In this document: positions 59,122 through 64,000 of the stretch, one piece after another
Layout of the letters: every line of letters begins with the position of its first letter
Numbering within the stretch: the first letter of the stretch is position 1
Notes under the pieces: model-generated
The model's input: only the letters and a program-made list of their open reading frames with translations
What the model was told of the DNA's origin: nothing
The model's database searches: none
Position numbers and translations under genes: made by a program
NCBI GenBank assembly: GCA_040876265.1
Contig: JBBDPN010000001.1
Location: forward strand, 118,208-182,207
Origin: Candidatus Woykebacteria bacterium
Lineage (GTDB): Bacteria; Patescibacteriota; Microgenomatia; Woykebacterales; RBG-16-39-9b
Length of the DNA: 64,000 bases
Direction of reading: 5' to 3'

Positions 59122-59472
59122 ATGATACGGCTGGCTGATAAAAAATGCGTGCCTTGTGACGACCCTTCCATCCCCAAGCTATCTCAAGAAGAGGCGGAAA
59201 ATTTGAACCAAGAGGTGGACGGTTGGGATTTGGAAGAAAAAAATGGTCACTTGCAGATTTCGAAGCAGTTTAAGTTTAAAGATTTTAAGGAGTCGCTGGG
59301 GTTCGTGAACAGGGTTGGAAATACCGCCGAGGAGCAAAATCACCATCCCAACCTATACATTATTTATAACAAAGTAAAAGTAATTCTCTACACCCACGTT
59401 ATAGCCGGTTTACACGAAAACGACTTCATCATGGCAGCAAAGATTGACGAACTGATAAAACAGAGAATATAG
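59122..59472 (+). CDS. Pterin-4-alpha-carbinolamine dehydratase
   Basis: LADKKCVPC, F.FKDF, AEEQNHHP, THVI.GLHENDFIMAAKID. Confidence 0.9.
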   Translation: MIRLADKKCVPCDDPSIPKLSQEEAENLNQEVDGWDLEEKNGHLQISKQFKFKDFKESLGFVNRVGNTAEEQNHHPNLYIIYNKVKVILYTHVIAGLHENDFIMAAKIDELIKQRI

Positions 59473-59545
59473 TCTCCTTTTTATAGATTAGAGGAGATTG
59501 GTAGTAACCGAGAAGAATTGGAGAATCAAAGATTAGGTGTGAAAC

Positions 59546-59665
59546 TTACTTGCGGCGTTTGCTAGCTTTTTTTGCCAGCATCTCAGCCTTTATTGCAAGT
59601 CTTTTCTTGGTCTTTTTTGAACGGGATTTCTTTTTCTTACCCACGCCCGTACTTCTTTTTGCCAT
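59546..59665 (-). CDS. 39-aa highly basic small protein (not in ORF track)
   Basis: Manual translation MAKRSTGVGKKKKSRSKKTKKRLAIKAEMLAKKASKRRK; TATAGT 7 nt before the ATG. Confidence 0.65.
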   Translation of the reverse strand: MAKRSTGVGKKKKSRSKKTKKRLAIKAEMLAKKASKRRK

Positions 59666-59746
59666 ATACGTAACTATACACTATTTACCTTCCGCTACTC
59701 TACTATAGAATTTTTGGTGTAAGATACGAAATAATATGCTTAGCTT

Positions 59747-59765
59747 GACAGGGCCTGGCCCTGTC
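59747..59765. repeat. REP-like palindrome, copy 3
   Basis: GACAGGGCCTGGCCCTGTC followed by CTGGGTTGATAGGAC. Confidence 0.8.
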
Positions 59766-59825
59766 CTGGGTTGATAGGACGGGAAAAACTGAAAGCAGCC
59801 CCTGCGTTTCACGCGAAAGAGCTGC

Positions 59826-60425
59826 TTATTTTGGGCCGAGAACTTGATCGAGCCAGGGTTTGTCCTTTCTTACCTCTCGGACAGCTTGCACCCACTCCTC
59901 ACCGTGCTTTATCAATTCAGAATAGATGTCGGGACCCCTCCTGTTCAGGGGTATAGGTCCGTTTATAGAAGTCGTGGCAAAGAAGAAGTCAGTTGTATCT
60001 TCATCCACCCAAGCTTGGATTTTTCTTCTCCAGTGGGCATATCTGGCGACTTTGTCCACGCAATCTTGCTGGTGAAAGCCGCCAAGGACCAGCTCGTCAA
60101 TTGGCGTGGGAAGTTGGTCAAAGACGAACTTGAGCCGCGGGTACAGCCTAAATTCACAATGTTCCGCAAATGAAACCCCATACCCTATCACTAGATCAGA
60201 CGGCGCTACTTCGATGAGTTCTGAAGTGCGTGTCAAATCTGGCGTTTTTGACCCTGTATGCGCAGAGAAAAAGAGCCAGGTAACCTGGAATCCCCCTCTT
60301 CTGTAGCGGTAGTCGATTATTTTGTTCAACCTGCGTGGGTCTCTACCTCTCTCCTTCAGGTATCTTCCTTCGAGTGACGTTTCCACATATTCTCTAATTG
60401 GGTACAAGAACAGATAGACTTTCAT
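59826..60425 (-). CDS. Hypothetical protein, possible isochorismatase/cysteine-hydrolase-like fold
   Basis: GAGGA SD; LVLGGFH..DCV...A; VDED.TD. Confidence 0.6.
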   Translation of the reverse strand: MKVYLFLYPIREYVETSLEGRYLKERGRDPRRLNKIIDYRYRRGGFQVTWLFFSAHTGSKTPDLTRTSELIEVAPSDLVIGYGVSFAEHCEFRLYPRLKFVFDQLPTPIDELVLGGFHQQDCVDKVARYAHWRRKIQAWVDEDTTDFFFATTSINGPIPLNRRGPDIYSELIKHGEEWVQAVREVRKDKPWLDQVLGPK

Positions 60426-60523
60426 CTTCCTCCCCCTTCTTGGTTGGGAGTATTATAGCAAATTATTTGCTCTGCAATTTTGGTATTATTAAAATAATCA
60501 AGGTCAGGAACGGAGGAGATCAT

Positions 60524-60991
60524 ATGACTAGGACTGCGTTTAGACTATACAGACTCCCAAGAGATGCGGACGAGCTGGGAGAGAGATTTGCCAAATACCT
60601 GGAGGCTCCAGAGATGGAGTCTGTCATTGTATATTTTCTCAATGCGGTCCCAAAAGCACCCTCGCTTCAGGGAGTAGCAATGGTCGTGCAGGTATCCGAA
60701 AAGTCAGGGTTCAAAATTCTAACTTTTTATTGCCTGGACGATACTGAAAAATGGGAGAACGGAGAACCGTCTACCACCTACTTGAGCACTGCCTATGGGA
60801 ATATATCAAAGACCTTTGAATTGGTGCCCGGAGTGGAGGTGACCGTACTCTTCTACAAAACAAGAGGAAGGGAAATAGTACAGGTCGCGGAGGATCTCGA
60901 GGAAGAACTCGAGAAAAGGAATCCGTTGCGCGACCAACTGTTTGGCGATGCATCGCCATTCCATCTCGCCGCCGCAAGCGTAGACAGGTAA
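60524..60991 (+). CDS. Hypothetical protein
   Basis: ATG 60524 after GGAGGAG; followed by a terminator-like hairpin at ~61010-61041. Confidence 0.65.
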   Translation: MTRTAFRLYRLPRDADELGERFAKYLEAPEMESVIVYFLNAVPKAPSLQGVAMVVQVSEKSGFKILTFYCLDDTEKWENGEPSTTYLSTAYGNISKTFELVPGVEVTVLFYKTRGREIVQVAEDLEEELEKRNPLRDQLFGDASPFHLAAASVDR

Positions 60992-61134
60992 ACTAGAAAC
61001 ACCATTAGAGGGCGGTCCTTTGGATCGCCTTTCTTCTTTTTGGAACTTGAGATATTTTAGGCAGCGGTCTACTACGATACTGCGCAGTATCGTAGTTGAA
61101 AAAGTTATGTGTGGAAAGGGTGCAGACAAGTCCT

Positions 61135-61153
61135 AACAGGGTCTGGCCCTGTC
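61135..61153. repeat. REP-like palindrome, copy 4
   Basis: AACAGGGTCTGGCCCTGTC, then ...TAGGTTGATAGGTC. Confidence 0.75.
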
Positions 61154-61174
61154 CTACTGTCCTAGGTTGATAGG

Positions 61175-62497
61175 TCAGTCTTTTTTGTTTTTGAGCTTTT
61201 CGAGGTGATCGCGGATGTAGCGTTCGTAGCCGATGGCTTTTGGTTCGTAATAGCGGCGACCCTTTAGTTTATCGGGCAGAAATTGTTGGGTCACGTGACC
61301 GCCGGGAAAATCGTGAGCGTATTTGTAACCCCGACCGTACCCTACCCCCTTCATTAAATCAGTCACTGGATTGCGCAAGTGCAAAGGTACTGGTTCGTTG
61401 AGAGTCCTTTTTACGTCAGACTTCGCGCGTTTCAGAGCCATGTATGAAGCATTGGATTTCGGAGTCGTCGCCAGATAAGTTGCCGCGTGAGCCAGGTTGA
61501 GAGCGGCCTCTGGAAGGCCGACGAATTGTACCGCTTGCGATGCAGCTACAGCAAGAGGTAGCGCTTTTGGATCAGCGTTGCCCACGTCCTCACTAGCAAG
61601 AATGATCATGCGACGAGCAATAAATTCTGGATCTTCCCCAGCTTCCAGCATCCGCGCTAGCCAATAGACAGACGCGTCTGGATCCGAGCCTCTCATGGAT
61701 TTGATAAAAGCAGAAATGGTGTTGTAGTGCTCTTCCCCGCCCTTGTCATAGAGAAGTTTTTTACTCCCAAGGGCTTGAGTAATTTTTGGCAGATCAATCA
61801 GTCTTTTCCCGGCTTTGGTCCGAGTAAGGTTGGTCGCAATTTCCAAAGCATTTAGAACGATACGGCTGTCACCATTGGAAGCCTCCAAGAGTAGGTCCAA
61901 CGCTTCCTTTGTTGCAGTTGCTTTAAAAATTCCTAAACCCTTGTCTTTATCTTTTAAAGCCCTCTCAACTATGATTTTAATGTCTTCCCTACCCAACCGA
62001 TCAAGAGTTAAGACTTTGCTTCGCGAAAGTAGCGGGCCAATCACCTCAAAAGAAGGGTTTTCGGTTGTCGCACCGATTAAAATAACAGTCCCGTCTTCAA
62101 CGTGCGGAAGCAAATAAGCTTGTTGGGCTTTATTCCAGCGGTGGATCTCATCTATACAAAGAATGGTTCGTGTGTTCTCGCTTTCCGAGCGCTCTTTAGC
62201 CTCTTTTACCACTTTCTTAATCTCGTTTACGCCCACCTCAACAGCTGAATAAAAAACAAAACGACTTTTTGTTTCATTGGCGATTATCTTTGCGAGCGTC
62301 GTCTTACCGCTGCCTGGTGGTCCCCAAAATATTAGACTCGGGATTTTATCTTGTCTCAGCAGGGTTGAAATTAGTTTGCCCCTGCCCACTAGATGTTTTT
62401 GACCCACAAACTCGCTCAATTTTTGCGGCCGCAGACGGTCTGCCAGAGGTTTGTTCGTCACAGGGTGAATATTATCGGGTTTTTTACGTTTCGTCAA
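61175..62497 (-). CDS. rarA: Replication-associated recombination protein A (MgsA)
   Basis: PLADRLRP, WGPPGSGKT, DEIHR, ATTENPSF, SAFIKSMRGSDPDA, Y.YAHD. Confidence 0.95.
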   Translation of the reverse strand: MTKRKKPDNIHPVTNKPLADRLRPQKLSEFVGQKHLVGRGKLISTLLRQDKIPSLIFWGPPGSGKTTLAKIIANETKSRFVFYSAVEVGVNEIKKVVKEAKERSESENTRTILCIDEIHRWNKAQQAYLLPHVEDGTVILIGATTENPSFEVIGPLLSRSKVLTLDRLGREDIKIIVERALKDKDKGLGIFKATATKEALDLLLEASNGDSRIVLNALEIATNLTRTKAGKRLIDLPKITQALGSKKLLYDKGGEEHYNTISAFIKSMRGSDPDASVYWLARMLEAGEDPEFIARRMIILASEDVGNADPKALPLAVAASQAVQFVGLPEAALNLAHAATYLATTPKSNASYMALKRAKSDVKRTLNEPVPLHLRNPVTDLMKGVGYGRGYKYAHDFPGGHVTQQFLPDKLKGRRYYEPKAIGYERYIRDHLEKLKNKKD

Positions 62498-62513
62498 CGA
62501 GGCAGCAGCGGAT

Positions 62514-63107
62514 TTATTTCATTTCAGTGTAAGAGGTTTCCACAAGACGGCAGTTTTCGTCAAAAACAAAACTAGTGATCGAGGCCATGGAAATATTGTA
62601 AGAGCGCAGTAGTTGCAATGGTTTTTCCTCTAGCGAAAGTCGCAATGCTAAGATGGGAAACTCGTGAGAAACGCAGATAATTTCTTGACCAGTGTGTTTC
62701 TGGCAAATGGTAAGGGCAAATTTTTTCATTCGCTCTGCCAAGGCGGTGAGATTTTCCGGCAGATCTGGTGCGTCTGGGTCGGTAAGAAAAGCCTCGTAGT
62801 AATTGTTGTTAAAAAGCATTTCGTATTTGTAGGCTTGCCAGTAAGTGGAGTCTGCCTCCGTCAATTCGTAAGAATGAGTGATCGGTACTTTTGGAAAGGC
62901 CTTGGCGATTATGTTGGCGGTTTCGTAAGCTCGTTCAAGCGGTGATGTGTAAATATGAACGATGGGTTTTCCTTTAAAAAAACGGACTGTCTTCTCGGCC
63001 TTTTTCTCGCCAGGGGCAGTTAAGTGGAGCCCGGGAATTCTACCTGGTTCAATCCCATCCGGGTTATCGTAAACCGAGTGGCGTACGTAGTGGGCTGTAC
63101 TTCTCAT
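62514..63107 (-). CDS. Histidine phosphatase family protein
   Basis: VRH, YTSPLERA.ETA, VSH. Confidence 0.85.
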   Translation of the reverse strand: MRSTAHYVRHSVYDNPDGIEPGRIPGLHLTAPGEKKAEKTVRFFKGKPIVHIYTSPLERAYETANIIAKAFPKVPITHSYELTEADSTYWQAYKYEMLFNNNYYEAFLTDPDAPDLPENLTALAERMKKFALTICQKHTGQEIICVSHEFPILALRLSLEEKPLQLLRSYNISMASITSFVFDENCRLVETSYTEMK

Positions 63108-63268
63108 TTAATTTTCCAAAAATGGGATATACCCCAGAGTAAAAGAAGGATACCAAATATGATCGTGAAGTTGATTTTTAGTAGGTCTAGGCCGTTTAAA
63201 ATGAGGGCAACGCCAAAGATGATAAGGACTATTGGCAGAAACCTTGGACCTTCATGGTGGAAAATCAT
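63104..63268 (-). CDS. 54-aa two-TM membrane protein (not in ORF track)
   Basis: MIFHHEGPRFLPIVLIIFGVALILNGL...LLLLWGISHFWKIK; AGGAGGTG SD; ATGA overlap with the phosphatase gene. Confidence 0.75.
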   Translation of the reverse strand: MIFHHEGPRFLPIVLIIFGVALILNGLDLLKINFTIIFGILLLLWGISHFWKIK

Positions 63269-63328
63269 AAAACCCGTCACCTCCTATGGGAAACTTTAAA
63301 CTAAACAGTGCTAAGTTTCAAGCTAGGG

Positions 63329-64000
63329 CTAGAGAATTTTCATGGTGTGCTGGTAGCTTTCTTCGATCACAGTTTCAGCAATTTCTGGTGTGAAATCGTA
63401 TGGAGCCAGGGTCAGGCCTGCTTTTGGTTCTATCGGGACAATATTTATGTTTGGGTACATACATTTTATGAGTTCAATTTCGTAGCGGATGGTCTGGTAC
63501 TGGGCGATATCCCGAGCGTCAAGAATAGCTTCAATAAAGTTTCTTGGCGGCTTTTTGACATCCCCAGCGTACCCGGCGTTTATAGCGTAGATGACGCCGC
63601 AGCCCTCTTTTGCTAGTTCAAAAAGCGGTAGATTGTCGGTGACTCCCCCATCGGTGTAAACCTTATCGCCGATTTGAACTGGCGGGAAAATACCAGGAGT
63701 AGCACTACTGGCCATAAGGGCGGGAATAATTTCACCAGTGCGAAACCAGGCGTCTTGGCCAGTTTCAAAATCGGTTGCTCCTATAGCAAGTTTGGTTTTC
63801 AGATCTTCAAACTCTCGAAACGGCAACCGCTTTCCCAAAAATTCCTCTATTTTGCTTGAATCACCAAGGCTTTTGGCGTTTAGACCCTGCGAAGCAAACC
63901 TTTTTAATAGTTGCAACGGTGAAAGACCGATAAAGGATTTTGTGACAAAAGAAAAAAGTATTTTCAGATCAGTGAAGGAATTAAAGGTGTGGGGATCGTA
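63329..64000 (-). CDS. Patatin-like phospholipase (5' end beyond the window)
   Basis: ATD.ETG, ASSA.PG.FPPV, DGG motif; frame open to the window edge. Confidence 0.88.
   Translation of the reverse strand, partial: YDPHTFNSFTDLKILFSFVTKSFIGLSPLQLLKRFASQGLNAKSLGDSSKIEEFLGKRLPFREFEDLKTKLAIGATDFETGQDAWFRTGEIIPALMASSATPGIFPPVQIGDKVYTDGGVTDNLPLFELAKEGCGVIYAINAGYAGDVKKPPRNFIEAILDARDIAQYQTIRYEIELIKCMYPNINIVPIEPKAGLTLAPYDFTPEIAETVIEESYQHTMKIL

Noticed and set aside
1-64000. CRISPR array or cas genes
   Set aside because: No regularly spaced direct repeats with unique spacers and no Cas motifs seen
1-64000. Alternative genetic code (UGA=Gly)
   Set aside because: Conserved genes (htrA, prfA, hisS, yebC, rarA) end at TGA and none is interrupted by it

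Overview
Bacterial chromosomal segment using the standard genetic code. By inference it is a Patescibacteria (CPR, Microgenomates-like) genome: compact genes, two VirD4/TraD-like ATPases, a membrane-anchored Clp ATPase, an MGRG-type EF-P and many apparently leaderless genes. Housekeeping content includes ctpA, purC, pyrB, htrA, prmC, prfA, rpmE, hisS, dnaB, tRNA-Leu(CAA), efp, pepA, lgt, an RluA/RluD-family gene, yebC, ruvC, a Xer recombinase and rarA. Main observations: (1) an operon of three secreted paralogues built from one ~85-aa Asn-rich repeat (one free, one TM-anchored, one LPxTG-anchored), a candidate surface fibre or functional-amyloid system with a strong promoter and structured leader; (2) a near-palindromic 11-6-11 dif-like site just upstream of the xer gene, at the point where gene orientation flips, i.e. 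the probable replication terminus; (3) dispersed REP-like palindromes and a hairpin element found both intergenically and in frame inside pepA; (4) two promoter-to-terminator sRNA candidates and a ~680 bp structured non-coding region; (5) a cohesin-dockerin gene pair; (6) small ORFs missed by the ORF track. All family calls come from visual motif recognition; no database searches were run.
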